NCBI GenBank assembly: GCA_039935595.1
Contig: JBDTJZ010000216.1
DNA length: 59,181 nucleotides
Source: Mucilaginibacter sp.
GTDB taxonomy: Bacteria > Bacteroidota > Bacteroidia > Sphingobacteriales > Sphingobacteriaceae
Direction: 5' to 3' (one strand)
Under the pieces are notes generated by a model, which worked only from the letters and a program-made list of their open reading frames with translations, ran no database searches and was not told the DNA's origin. This document shows positions 1 to 9,135 of this stretch, piece after piece (position 1 is the stretch's first letter; each line of letters opens with the position of its first letter). Made by a program: the position numbers and the translations under genes.

Positions 1-1
1 G

Positions 2-751
2 ACCGACATTGGCCTGTTTGTAAAATACGGCATGGTTAGCGAAGACAAGTTTTATGATAAAGCCAAAGATTTTGTACTGGTAACCAATACCGAAAAACAA
101 AACTTTACGCTGGATGAATACAAAGAAAAAGTAGCGCCTACACAAACCGATAAAGACGGGCAGTTAATATATCTGTATACCAACGATCCGTCAAAACAAG
201 ACGCATTTATCCAGTCTGCTAATAAAAAGAGTTATGATGTGTTGGTGATGAACTCGCCAATTGATAATCACTTCATCAGTCAGTTGGAGCAAAAGCTGGA
301 AAAAACATCATTAAAACGTGTGGATGCTGATGTAGCTGATAAACTGATCAAAAAAGATGACGCGCCCGAGCATGTATTGACCGAAGAACAGGCCACCAAA
401 GTAAAAGGCATATTTGATAAAGCCATTAATAAACCCGCTTATAAAGTTGAACTGGAAAGCCTTAATCCTGACGAGTTGCCGGTAACAGTAACCATGGACG
501 AATTTATGCGCCGCATGAAAGATATGGCTGCCATGGGTGGCGGTATGAGCTTTTATGGCAGCATGCCTGATAATTACAAAGTTGTAGTGAACGGCAACCA
601 TAAACTGATAACCCGCATTTTGCAGGAGGAGAACGAAGATACGCAGGCACAATTATCTAAACAGGCATTTGACTTGGCCCTGCTTTCGCAAGGCTTGTTA
701 ACCGGTGCCGAGTTGACCGAATTTGTTAACCGAAGTGTTAATTTGATTTAA
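2..751 (+). CDS. htpG: Molecular chaperone HtpG (Hsp90), C-terminal part, truncated by the window start
   Basis: Frame is open from base 2; motifs SPIDNHF, RVDAD, EFMRRMKDM, VNGNHKLI and DLALLSQGLL fit the HtpG middle/C domain. Confidence 0.93.
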   Translation, partial: TDIGLFVKYGMVSEDKFYDKAKDFVLVTNTEKQNFTLDEYKEKVAPTQTDKDGQLIYLYTNDPSKQDAFIQSANKKSYDVLVMNSPIDNHFISQLEQKLEKTSLKRVDADVADKLIKKDDAPEHVLTEEQATKVKGIFDKAINKPAYKVELESLNPDELPVTVTMDEFMRRMKDMAAMGGGMSFYGSMPDNYKVVVNGNHKLITRILQEENEDTQAQLSKQAFDLALLSQGLLTGAELTEFVNRSVNLI

Positions 752-774
752 GCATTTATACTGAAAAATGTTGA

Positions 775-806
775 GGCCGTCCTGTTAAACCAGGGCGGCT
801 TTTTTT
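775..806 (+). terminator. Intrinsic terminator after htpG
   Basis: ggccgtcctg-ttaaac-cagggcggct hairpin followed by a T run. Confidence 0.8.
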
Positions 807-863
807 ATATAAATAATTTGCACGAAATTTGATAATACTCCGTTGATAATAAAACCTTTAATT

Positions 864-1382
864 ATGAAAAATTATATCAAGCATATAACTATTTTGTTGG
901 TATTTGTTTGCGGTTTATTTACAGCAAATGCACAAAATACCAAAGCCGAAAAAAAAGCCGCTAAATTATCGGATATAAAAAACCTGGTAAACTCACAACG
1001 GTTTGTGTTTGTAGCAAATTATGTTTTACCGTTGGGTGGCGGCGGCAGGGCATTAACCAGCCAATATGATCTAACCATAACCAAAGATTCAGTATCGGCA
1101 TTTTTGCCCTATTTTGGGCGCGCTTACATGGCTGATTTTGGCTCGATAGATGGCGGGATCAAATTTACCTCCACGCATTTTACTTATAAATTGACCGGTA
1201 AAAAAAGTAGATGGGAAATACTTATCACTTTTACAGATGCCAATATTATCAACGGCCCTAAAGGTGTAAGGCAAATGCGGTTAAATGTATCTGAAGACGG
1301 GTACGGATCATTGCAAATCACCAGTTCAAACCGCGATGCTATTTCGTTTAATGGATATATAGAAGAAATAGGCAAGAAATAG
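864..1382 (+). CDS. DUF4251-like secreted protein
   Basis: Signal peptide; LPYFGRAY...GGIKF and ISFNGYI motifs; ATG at 864 preferred to TTG at 843. Confidence 0.75.
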   Translation: MKNYIKHITILLVFVCGLFTANAQNTKAEKKAAKLSDIKNLVNSQRFVFVANYVLPLGGGGRALTSQYDLTITKDSVSAFLPYFGRAYMADFGSIDGGIKFTSTHFTYKLTGKKSRWEILITFTDANIINGPKGVRQMRLNVSEDGYGSLQITSSNRDAISFNGYIEEIGKK

Positions 1383-1457
1383 AATTTCTACATCTATTTT
1401 AATTTAGCGTAAAACATCTGTTAGCGTAAAACGTTCACTATACATAAAAATCCTACT

Positions 1458-1736
1458 ATGCTACGCATCACAGTACCCCAAAACGGACAAGCCGAACTTA
1501 CTTTTGCAAAATTTGAAAGCTACGGCCTACCAAAGCCAATCAACGGCGTTGATACAGAAGCCGACAATGTTGTGTTATTGTTTGATGACGAGCAGGATGC
1601 TATTGACTATGCAGACAGATTGATTGAATATGTAAACAACATGGACGATGATGTTTCGCCAAAAAGAGTGGCCATAAGCGACGTTATTGTTGCCATTAAA
1701 AGCGATGCCTTTGTACAAACTTACCTGGACAATTAG
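1458..1736 (+). CDS. Small acidic hypothetical protein
   Basis: 92-aa ORF with an A-rich upstream region, convergent with dinB. Confidence 0.6.
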   Translation: MLRITVPQNGQAELTFAKFESYGLPKPINGVDTEADNVVLLFDDEQDAIDYADRLIEYVNNMDDDVSPKRVAISDVIVAIKSDAFVQTYLDN

Positions 1737-2917
1737 TCTTTTAAAAAAGGGTTGAAATTACGTGTGCCAATAGCCATCCCGGCGGCACGGCACACGGTCT
1801 TATCGCCAAATTTAAAGTTTATCTTATCCATAGCCTGGTATAGCCTGATGCGCTCTTCGTTATCTTCAAATAAATTTATCTGGTAGCTGCCGGTAGTAAG
1901 TTGGCTCAATCGTACTCCTATTAACCTGATTGGCCTGTGCTGGTTCCATACCTTATTAAGCAGGTTTTTAATGCCGGGTATTAAAATATGCTCGGCAGCG
2001 GTAAGGGATATCTTTTCCTGCTGGGTATGGGTCTCAAAATTGGCGTACCGAATTTTAATGGCCAGGCATCCGGCTACCTTATTCTCTTTACGCAGCTTTG
2101 CAGACAGTTCCTCGGTCATAGATACCAATACCGTTTCCAGTGTTTTCTTATCAGCCACATCAGTATGGAAGGTATTTTCGGTTGATATGGACTTTCTATC
2201 GCTATGCGGCACGATCTCGCTCTCATCAATCCCATTAGCTTTTTCCCAGATGTATCTGCCATGTTTACCAAAAGCTGTTTCTAAAAACCGGAGGTCGGTT
2301 TTTTGCAAATCGCCAATTTTTTCAATACCGAACTGGTATAGTTTCTGGCAGGTTTTTTCGCCCAGCATAGGTATTTTACGTATGGATAATGGGGCCATAA
2401 ATTCGCGCTCCTTGCCATGCGGTATATACAACTGTCCGTTAGGTTTAGCCGCGTTGGTAGCCATTTTAGCCACTGTTTTGCCTGATGCCATGCCAAAAGA
2501 AATTGGCAACCCGGTTTCACGTATTACCCGCTGGCGCAGGTCGCCGGCCAATTTATAGCAATCGTAATAGCGGTCCATACCGGTCATATCAATATAAAAC
2601 TCGTCAATAGATGTTTTTTGATAAAGCGGCACGCTATCATGGATGATCTCGGTAACCTCACGCGATGCCTCCGAATATCGCCCGTGACTGCCGCGTATCA
2701 CCATAGCATGGGGGCATAAACGCATGGCCTGTTTCATGGGCATGGCCGAGTGGATACCAAATTTACGCGCTTCATAACTACAGGAAGCTACCACGCCACG
2801 CTCGGCCGATCCGCCTATTAGTACCGGTTTGCCAATAAGGTCGGGGTTAAACTTGCGCTCAACCGATACAAAAAAAGAATCGAGGTCAATATGTACAATA
2901 TGACGTTTGAGTTCCAT
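1733..2917 (-). CDS. dinB: DNA polymerase IV (Y family)
   Basis: HIDLDSFFVSVE, SYEARKFG, SIDEFY, AKMATNAAKPNG and RKSISTENTF motifs; clamp-type QINLF near the C-terminus. Confidence 0.95.
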   Translation of the reverse strand: MELKRHIVHIDLDSFFVSVERKFNPDLIGKPVLIGGSAERGVVASCSYEARKFGIHSAMPMKQAMRLCPHAMVIRGSHGRYSEASREVTEIIHDSVPLYQKTSIDEFYIDMTGMDRYYDCYKLAGDLRQRVIRETGLPISFGMASGKTVAKMATNAAKPNGQLYIPHGKEREFMAPLSIRKIPMLGEKTCQKLYQFGIEKIGDLQKTDLRFLETAFGKHGRYIWEKANGIDESEIVPHSDRKSISTENTFHTDVADKKTLETVLVSMTEELSAKLRKENKVAGCLAIKIRYANFETHTQQEKISLTAAEHILIPGIKNLLNKVWNQHRPIRLIGVRLSQLTTGSYQINLFEDNEERIRLYQAMDKINFKFGDKTVCRAAGMAIGTRNFNPFLKD

Positions 2918-2946
2918 AGTACAAATATGTAAAATTTATTCAATAA

Positions 2947-2963
2947 TACTAAAAATATTAGTA
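2947..2963. promoter_or_regulatory. Putative Bacteroidota SOS (LexA-like) operator CTAA-N5-TTAG
   Basis: tactaa-aaata-ttagta palindrome between divergent dinB and the 2H gene; the same core precedes the second Y-family polymerase. Confidence 0.75.
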
Positions 2964-2988
2964 ATATTGTTCCGCAATTATTTATGCT

Positions 2989-3618
2989 ATGAAAAATTAC
3001 GCCGACTTTATAATATTGCTCTCTCCTTCGGATAAAGTAAAGGCACAGGTGCGCGAGCATAAACTGTACGCTGCTGAAATTATTGGTAATTATGAGAGCA
3101 TGAATTCTATTGCGCATATCTCCATTAAAAAAATGCACCGGCAAAAAAGCTTTTTAACCGAGCCGGCTATAAGGGCATTAACCCCAAAACTGGCTGCAAT
3201 AGCCCCAATAACTTTAACCATTGATGGGTTTGATTATTTTAATCATGGCGAAGATTTTAAAACCATTTATGCAAAGATCCGCTCCTCGCCCGAAAACACG
3301 GCGTGGTTTAAAACACTCAAAAAGCACCTTAACCTCAAGGAGTTTATGGTACCGCATATTACCATAGCCCGCAATATCCCCATAAGTGATTTTAACCGGC
3401 TATGGCCGCATTTTAAGGCTATTAAATGGAATGAAACCTTTACCATAAGTGAGTTAACTGTACTTCAAAAAGAAACCTTTGCCCCTTTTGCCAAATGGGA
3501 GATATTTACGACATTACCGTTTAATGGTAAACCCTTGGATGTTGTACAACCTAAGCCATCATTAGTAAAACCTTTGCAAAACAGTTCATTACAGGGAAAG
3601 CAGATTAGTTTATTTTAG
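2989..3618 (+). CDS. 2H phosphoesterase (2'-5' RNA ligase/LigT-like) family protein
   Basis: Two HxS/T motifs (AHISI, PHITI); the protein ends in QISLF. Confidence 0.8.
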   Translation: MKNYADFIILLSPSDKVKAQVREHKLYAAEIIGNYESMNSIAHISIKKMHRQKSFLTEPAIRALTPKLAAIAPITLTIDGFDYFNHGEDFKTIYAKIRSSPENTAWFKTLKKHLNLKEFMVPHITIARNIPISDFNRLWPHFKAIKWNETFTISELTVLQKETFAPFAKWEIFTTLPFNGKPLDVVQPKPSLVKPLQNSSLQGKQISLF

Positions 3619-3642
3619 GTCCAGAACATTTTCAATGCATAG

Positions 3643-3671
3643 AACAAAAATCGTCCACTCATTGCCGCGGA
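3643..3671 (+). repeat. Short remnant of the 5' part of the ~280-nt structured element
   Basis: aacaaaaatcgtccactcattgccgcgga resembles aacaacatcgtccgctcaattgccgcgga at 21241. Confidence 0.5.
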
Positions 3672-3787
3672 CGATGTCATTTCCAAGCATACAGCAATTT
3701 GTCATCCCTAAATAATTATCACTCCCAAATACCCTCCTTTCCCCATCATTTTAGTAATATTGAAGTTTTAAACTACTTTTTACTGCA

Positions 3788-4879
3788 ATGGCTTTTAATT
3801 ACCACCGCATTATTATAAAAATTGGCTCTAATGTTTTTACAGACGAGAAAGGTTTACCTAACCTGCAACGTATTGAACATTTAGTGGGCCAAATAGCGGC
3901 TATTAAAAAGCAAGGCATCGAGGTTATCCTGGTATCGTCAGGCGCGGTAGCTTCAGGTCGGAGTTTGATAACCGTTTCCGAAAAATCAGACGCTGTGGCT
4001 ACCCGGCAGCTTTTAGCATCTATCGGCCAGGTAAAATTGATCAATACTTACGCCACTTTGTTTGAAAAATTTGACATCCTATGTTCGCAGGTGCTGGTTA
4101 CCAAGGAAGATTTCAGGGACAGCAATTCGGGCGACCGTGCGCATCATTTTAACATGAAAAACTGTTTGGAAACCTTGCTGCATCATCAGGTTTTACCTAT
4201 TGTAAATGAAAACGACGTGGTATCTATCACCGAGTTAATGTTTACCGATAATGATGAACTGGCCGGGCTAATAGCCTCGATGTTAAATGCCGAAGCGCTG
4301 ATCATCTTAACCAATGTGGACGGTTTATACAATGGCGACCCCAAACTATCAACCTCAAAAGTGATTGAAGAGGTAAGTACCAATATAGATTTTTCATCCT
4401 ACGTGCAGGATAGCCGGTCGCAATTTGGCCGCGGCGGTATGATTACCAAATCAAACATGGCGCAAAAAACAGCGCAGTTGGGTATTGCCGTGCACATAGC
4501 CAATGGCACCAAAGAAAATATTTTGACCGATGTTTTGGCTGATAAAGTAATACATACCCGTTTTATACCTAACAAAAAGGCATCCGGCAAAAAGAAATGG
4601 ATTGCACATTCAGAAGGCTCGGCTACGGGTGTGGTGCAGGTTAACGAGGGTGCAAAAAACGCGTTAACATCTAACAAAGCAATCAGCGTACTGCCCGTAG
4701 GGGTGGTAAAAGTAATAGCCGATTTTAAAAAAGGCGATATCATTAAACTGGTTGACGAAAACGAAAAATTAATAGGTTTAGGCATAGCCGAGTATAGTGC
4801 AGATAAGGCCCGCGAAAGGATAGGGCAAAAAAATCAAAAGCCCCTTGTGCATTATGACTACCTTTATTTACAATACTAA
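3788..4879 (+). CDS. proB: Glutamate 5-kinase with PUA domain
   Basis: [32 protein letters not shown] and GRGGMITK motifs; C-terminal PUA domain. Confidence 0.96.
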   Translation: MAFNYHRIIIKIGSNVFTDEKGLPNLQRIEHLVGQIAAIKKQGIEVILVSSGAVASGRSLITVSEKSDAVATRQLLASIGQVKLINTYATLFEKFDILCSQVLVTKEDFRDSNSGDRAHHFNMKNCLETLLHHQVLPIVNENDVVSITELMFTDNDELAGLIASMLNAEALIILTNVDGLYNGDPKLSTSKVIEEVSTNIDFSSYVQDSRSQFGRGGMITKSNMAQKTAQLGIAVHIANGTKENILTDVLADKVIHTRFIPNKKASGKKKWIAHSEGSATGVVQVNEGAKNALTSNKAISVLPVGVVKVIADFKKGDIIKLVDENEKLIGLGIAEYSADKARERIGQKNQKPLVHYDYLYLQY

Positions 4880-4884
4880 TTACA

Positions 4885-6129
4885 ATGGATTACACCCAAT
4901 ATTTTGAAAATGCACAGGCAGCAGGGCGCAAAACTAACCTTACTGCCGATAAAATAAACCTGGTATTACAAGACCTGGCTGAGGCTGCTTTGGCTAATAC
5001 GGACACCTTACTTGCGGAAAATCAAAAGGATCTGGACCGCATGGATCCGGCCAATCCAAATTTTGATAGGTTAAAGCTTACTCCTGCCCGTATTCAGGAT
5101 ATTGCCAAGGATATTGTAAATGTATCGAAGCTGGAAAATCCGCTGGGGCATATCCTTTCTGAAAAAACCATGCCTAACGGGCTGGAAATTTCAAAGATAA
5201 CTGTACCACTGGGTGTTGTTGGTGTGATTTATGAAGCCAGGCCAAACGTAACTTTTGATGTATTTGCGCTATGCTTTAAAACAGGCAATATCTGCATATT
5301 AAAAGGCGGCAGCGATGCGGAGTTCTCTAACAAAGCTATCATTAAGGTTATTCATGAGGTGTTAGCCAACCATCAGATCGATGTAAATGTAGCTACCCTA
5401 TTGCCTAAAGAACGCGAGGCTGCCGAAGCTTTGATGCAGGCAGTTGGTTATGTGGATGTGATCATTCCACGTGGCAGCCAGGGCTTAATAAACAGCGTGC
5501 GCAAAAACAGTAAAGTACCGGTTATTGAAACCGGCGCGGGCATTGTGCATACCTATTTTGACGAAACTGCCGATCTGGAAAAAGGCACCAACATTATATT
5601 TAACTCAAAAACCCGAAGGGTAAGCGTTTGTAACGCGTTGGATTGCGCGCTGATACATGTGGCACGATTAACTGATCTGCCTAAGCTTGCCAGACCATTG
5701 GGCGAAGCCGGTGTTGAAATATTTGCAGATGAGCGGGCTTTTGAGGCTTTAAGTGGCGATTATCCTGTGGAATTATTGCACAAAGCCGGTCCTGAACATT
5801 TTGGCACCGAGTTTTTATCCATGAAGATGGCGGTTAAAACCGTTGACAGTTTTGAAGCTGCTTTAGAGCATATAGCCGACCATAGCTCCAAACACAGCGA
5901 GGCTATAGTTACCGAAGATACGGCCAATATGGAAACCTTTTTAAACCGGGTGGATGCCGCGGCGGTATATGTTAATACCTCTACAGCCTTTACAGACGGC
6001 GCGCAATTTGGTTTAGGTGCCGAAATAGGCATCAGCACACAAAAGCTGCATGCACGCGGCCCTATGGGGCTACAGGAGCTTACCAGCTATAAGTGGCTGA
6101 TTAAAGGTGACGGCCAAACACGTGCATAG
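4885..6129 (+). CDS. proA: Gamma-glutamyl phosphate reductase
   Basis: [25 protein letters not shown] and [27 protein letters not shown] motifs. Confidence 0.97.
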   Translation: MDYTQYFENAQAAGRKTNLTADKINLVLQDLAEAALANTDTLLAENQKDLDRMDPANPNFDRLKLTPARIQDIAKDIVNVSKLENPLGHILSEKTMPNGLEISKITVPLGVVGVIYEARPNVTFDVFALCFKTGNICILKGGSDAEFSNKAIIKVIHEVLANHQIDVNVATLLPKEREAAEALMQAVGYVDVIIPRGSQGLINSVRKNSKVPVIETGAGIVHTYFDETADLEKGTNIIFNSKTRRVSVCNALDCALIHVARLTDLPKLARPLGEAGVEIFADERAFEALSGDYPVELLHKAGPEHFGTEFLSMKMAVKTVDSFEAALEHIADHSSKHSEAIVTEDTANMETFLNRVDAAAVYVNTSTAFTDGAQFGLGAEIGISTQKLHARGPMGLQELTSYKWLIKGDGQTRA

Positions 6130-6166
6130 CCGCTAAAACATTTTCAACCTTGCTTGTTATTTGGAT

Positions 6167-7534
6167 ATGGAAATAGTCTCAATTAACCCCGCAAACGGTA
6201 AAGTTTTAAAGAAGTATAAGGCGCATACTGCTTTAAAAGTTGAAAAGAAAATAGCGCAAACCCATAAAGCCTGGTTAAGCTGGAAAGAAACCATCTTTAC
6301 CGAACGCGCAGTCCTGCTAAATAAACTATCATCAGTACTACAACAACGCAAGAACGAACTGGCGCGGTTAATGGCGCTCGAAATGGGTAAACCCATAGCT
6401 CAGGGCATCAGCGAGATAGAAAAATGCGCCGGTGTATGCGAATACTATGCTAAAAACGCCGCCACGCATTTAAAAGAACAGCTCGTGGAAACCGAAGCTT
6501 CCAAAAGCTACGTAACCTTTCAACCCATAGGCGTGGTATTAGCCATTATGCCCTGGAACTTCCCTTTTTGGCAAGTGTTTAGATTTTTGGCTCCGGCGCT
6601 TGCTGCAGGTAATTGCGGGGTGTTAAAACATGCGTCTAACGTACCCGGATGCGCCTTAGCTATCGAGGATTTGGTGGAGCAGGCCGGTTTCCCGAAAAAT
6701 GTATTTAAAACGCTGTTGGTAGGTAGCAGCGAGGTAGATAAGATCATTGAGAACCCATATATACAAGCCGTAACCTTAACCGGCAGTACCAATGCAGGTA
6801 AAAAAGTTGCTGAAAAGGCAGGATCTGTATTAAAAAAGACCGTATTAGAGTTAGGCGGCAGCGATGCCTATATTGTTTTGGCTGATGCCGATTTGGGACA
6901 CGCCGCGGAAACTTGTGTAAATAGTCGTTTAATCAATAGCGGGCAAAGTTGTATAGCTGCCAAACGTTTTATTGTGGTTAAAGCTGTCGAGAAAGAGTTT
7001 ACACGGTTATTTAAAGAAAAGATGCAGCGAAAACCAATGGGCGACCCATTGAGTAATATAACGGCTATAGGCCCGCAGGCACGGGTTGACCTTAGGGATG
7101 AGCTGCATGAACAGGTTAAACTATCCATTGCCAAAGGCGCCAAATGTATTTTAGGAGGAGAATTGCCTGCCGGAGATAATGCTTACTATCCGGCTACTAT
7201 ACTCACCCAAGTAAAAAAAGGTATGCCCGCCTACGAAGAAGAACTGTTTGGCCCGGTAGCAGCCATCATATCCGCGAAAGACGAAGCCGATGCCATACGC
7301 ATTGCTAATGATTCTGTTTTCGGATTGGGCGGGGCCATATTTACCAAAGACAAAAAACGCGGCGAAATGATTGCCGCTACTCAATTAGAAGCAGGCTCAT
7401 GCTTTGTAAACTCACTGGTAAAGTCGGACCCGAGGCTGCCGTTTGGCGGCATTAAACAGTCAGGCTATGGCCGCGAGTTGGGTCTATTTGGCATACATGA
7501 ATTTGTAAATATCAAAACGGTGTATATCGCTTAA
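6167..7534 (+). CDS. NAD(P)-dependent succinate-semialdehyde dehydrogenase family ALDH
   Basis: MPWNFP, LTGST, LELGGSD, GQSCIAAKR, EELFGP and PFGGIKQSGYGRE motifs. Confidence 0.9.
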   Translation: MEIVSINPANGKVLKKYKAHTALKVEKKIAQTHKAWLSWKETIFTERAVLLNKLSSVLQQRKNELARLMALEMGKPIAQGISEIEKCAGVCEYYAKNAATHLKEQLVETEASKSYVTFQPIGVVLAIMPWNFPFWQVFRFLAPALAAGNCGVLKHASNVPGCALAIEDLVEQAGFPKNVFKTLLVGSSEVDKIIENPYIQAVTLTGSTNAGKKVAEKAGSVLKKTVLELGGSDAYIVLADADLGHAAETCVNSRLINSGQSCIAAKRFIVVKAVEKEFTRLFKEKMQRKPMGDPLSNITAIGPQARVDLRDELHEQVKLSIAKGAKCILGGELPAGDNAYYPATILTQVKKGMPAYEEELFGPVAAIISAKDEADAIRIANDSVFGLGGAIFTKDKKRGEMIAATQLEAGSCFVNSLVKSDPRLPFGGIKQSGYGRELGLFGIHEFVNIKTVYIA

Positions 7535-7711
7535 ATATAAAGTTATCATTTATATAAATTTTATAATAAATTGATTAACAATATTATTTTCTTTTAAATT
7601 AAATAAAAAATTGTATACTTTTTTAGGTTCCCTCCTGTTCGTCTCTCGCTAAACCGAACATCCTGATCTTGTATTTCAATTCATTGTTGCAATTTGAATG
7701 GGCGCCAAAAC

Positions 7712-7852
7712 TTTGGCTAAAGCCATATGAATTAATATTGGTTCCGTCCCATAAATGGGACGGCAATGAATCTATAATATATTACCCCAATCATTGCCGT
7801 TGGTTTTAACCAACGGACTAAAAAAGGAAAACAAACTATTGGCTTCAGCCTA
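7712..7852. repeat. Composite palindromic repeat (copy 1 of 2)
   Basis: ttggctaaagcc...ggcttcagcc ends enclose inverted hairpin-caatgaa units; second copy at 28190. Confidence 0.8.
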
Positions 7853-7909
7853 AATAGACATTATTACTTCGCTTTGACCAACAATTCCTCAGCATAAAAA
7901 TCAAAAAAG

Positions 7910-7917
7910 TATCTTTG
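7910..7917 (+). promoter_or_regulatory. Bacteroidota primary-sigma -7 element (TAnnTTTG) for mnmA
   Basis: tatctttg ends 8 nt before the ATG. Confidence 0.6.
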
Positions 7918-7925
7918 CACCTAAT

Positions 7926-9014
7926 ATGAGTAAGCACGGAAGGATATTAGTGGCCATGAGTGGTGGGGTTGATAGTTCGGTAGCGGCAGTAATGCTGCAT
8001 GAGCAGGGCTATGAAGTTATTGGCCTAACCATGAAAACCTGGGACTACGCTTCATCAGGCGGCAGCTCCAAAGAAACAGGCTGCTGTAGCCTGGACAGCA
8101 TTAACGATGCCCGTGCACTGGCGGTAGGTTATGGCTTCCCTCATTACATCCTGGATATCCGGAGTGAGTTTGGAGATTTTGTGATTGACAACTTTGTTGA
8201 CGAATACCTTGCCGGCCGTACCCCTAACCCATGTGTGTTATGCAACACCCACATTAAATGGGAAGCATTACTAAAACGCGCTGATAAACTGGATTGTGAA
8301 TTTATAGCTACCGGCCATTATGCCAATATCCGCTTACAGGACACTGGCCGGTACGTAATATCTAAAGGAAAGGATGAGCATAAGGACCAGTCGTATGTAC
8401 TTTGGGGTGTATCACAAAAAAATCTGGCGCGTACTAAATTCCCGTTAGGCAATTTTTCCAAACCCGAAATACGACAAATGGCTGTGGAGATGGGCCAAAT
8501 AGAATTAGCCGGAAAAAGCGAAAGCTACGAGATATGTTTTGTGCCTGATAACGACTACCGTTCGTTTTTAAGAAATAAAGTTGAGGACCTTGAAGAGCGT
8601 GTTGGCCCCGGAAATTTTGTTTTTAAAGACGGTAAAGTAGTGGGCAAACATCAGGGATATCCTTTTTATACCATAGGTCAGCGTAAAGGTCTGGGCGTGG
8701 CTTTTGGTCACCCCATGTTTGTAACCCGCATAATACCCGAAACCAATACCGTGGTATTAGGTACTGCCGACGAACTGGAACGCAAACAAGCCTGGGTACG
8801 TAATGTTAACCTGGTTAAGTACGAAAGTATAGCCGAACCTATTGAGGCCATTACTAAAATACGTTATAAAGACGCCGGCATGCAAAGCACCATTGTGCAA
8901 ATGGGCGAGCATATACAGGTTGATTTTCACCACAATGTTTCGGGTATTGCACCCGGGCAATCTGCCGTATTTTATGAAGGTAGTGACCTGTTAGGTGGCG
9001 GTTTTTTGATGTAG
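7926..9014 (+). CDS. mnmA: tRNA 2-thiouridylase
   Basis: AMSGGVDSS, GRTPNPCVLCN, ATGHYA, KDQSY, ESYEICF and TIGQRKGLG motifs. Confidence 0.97.
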   Translation: MSKHGRILVAMSGGVDSSVAAVMLHEQGYEVIGLTMKTWDYASSGGSSKETGCCSLDSINDARALAVGYGFPHYILDIRSEFGDFVIDNFVDEYLAGRTPNPCVLCNTHIKWEALLKRADKLDCEFIATGHYANIRLQDTGRYVISKGKDEHKDQSYVLWGVSQKNLARTKFPLGNFSKPEIRQMAVEMGQIELAGKSESYEICFVPDNDYRSFLRNKVEDLEERVGPGNFVFKDGKVVGKHQGYPFYTIGQRKGLGVAFGHPMFVTRIIPETNTVVLGTADELERKQAWVRNVNLVKYESIAEPIEAITKIRYKDAGMQSTIVQMGEHIQVDFHHNVSGIAPGQSAVFYEGSDLLGGGFLM

Positions 9015-9135
9015 ATCTGCCGCATTTTTAATTCCGTAACTTCTCACTAAATCAACCCAATCAACAAATTAAACCTACACCAAAGTTTGCGTTTAGGGTT
9101 TCTTTATCTTTTATTTGCAGAAAATACACTTGTTA

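Noticed and set aside
7600-7700. Possible sRNA hairpin tgttcg...cgaaca
   Set aside because: One short stem with no second copy or recognisable family
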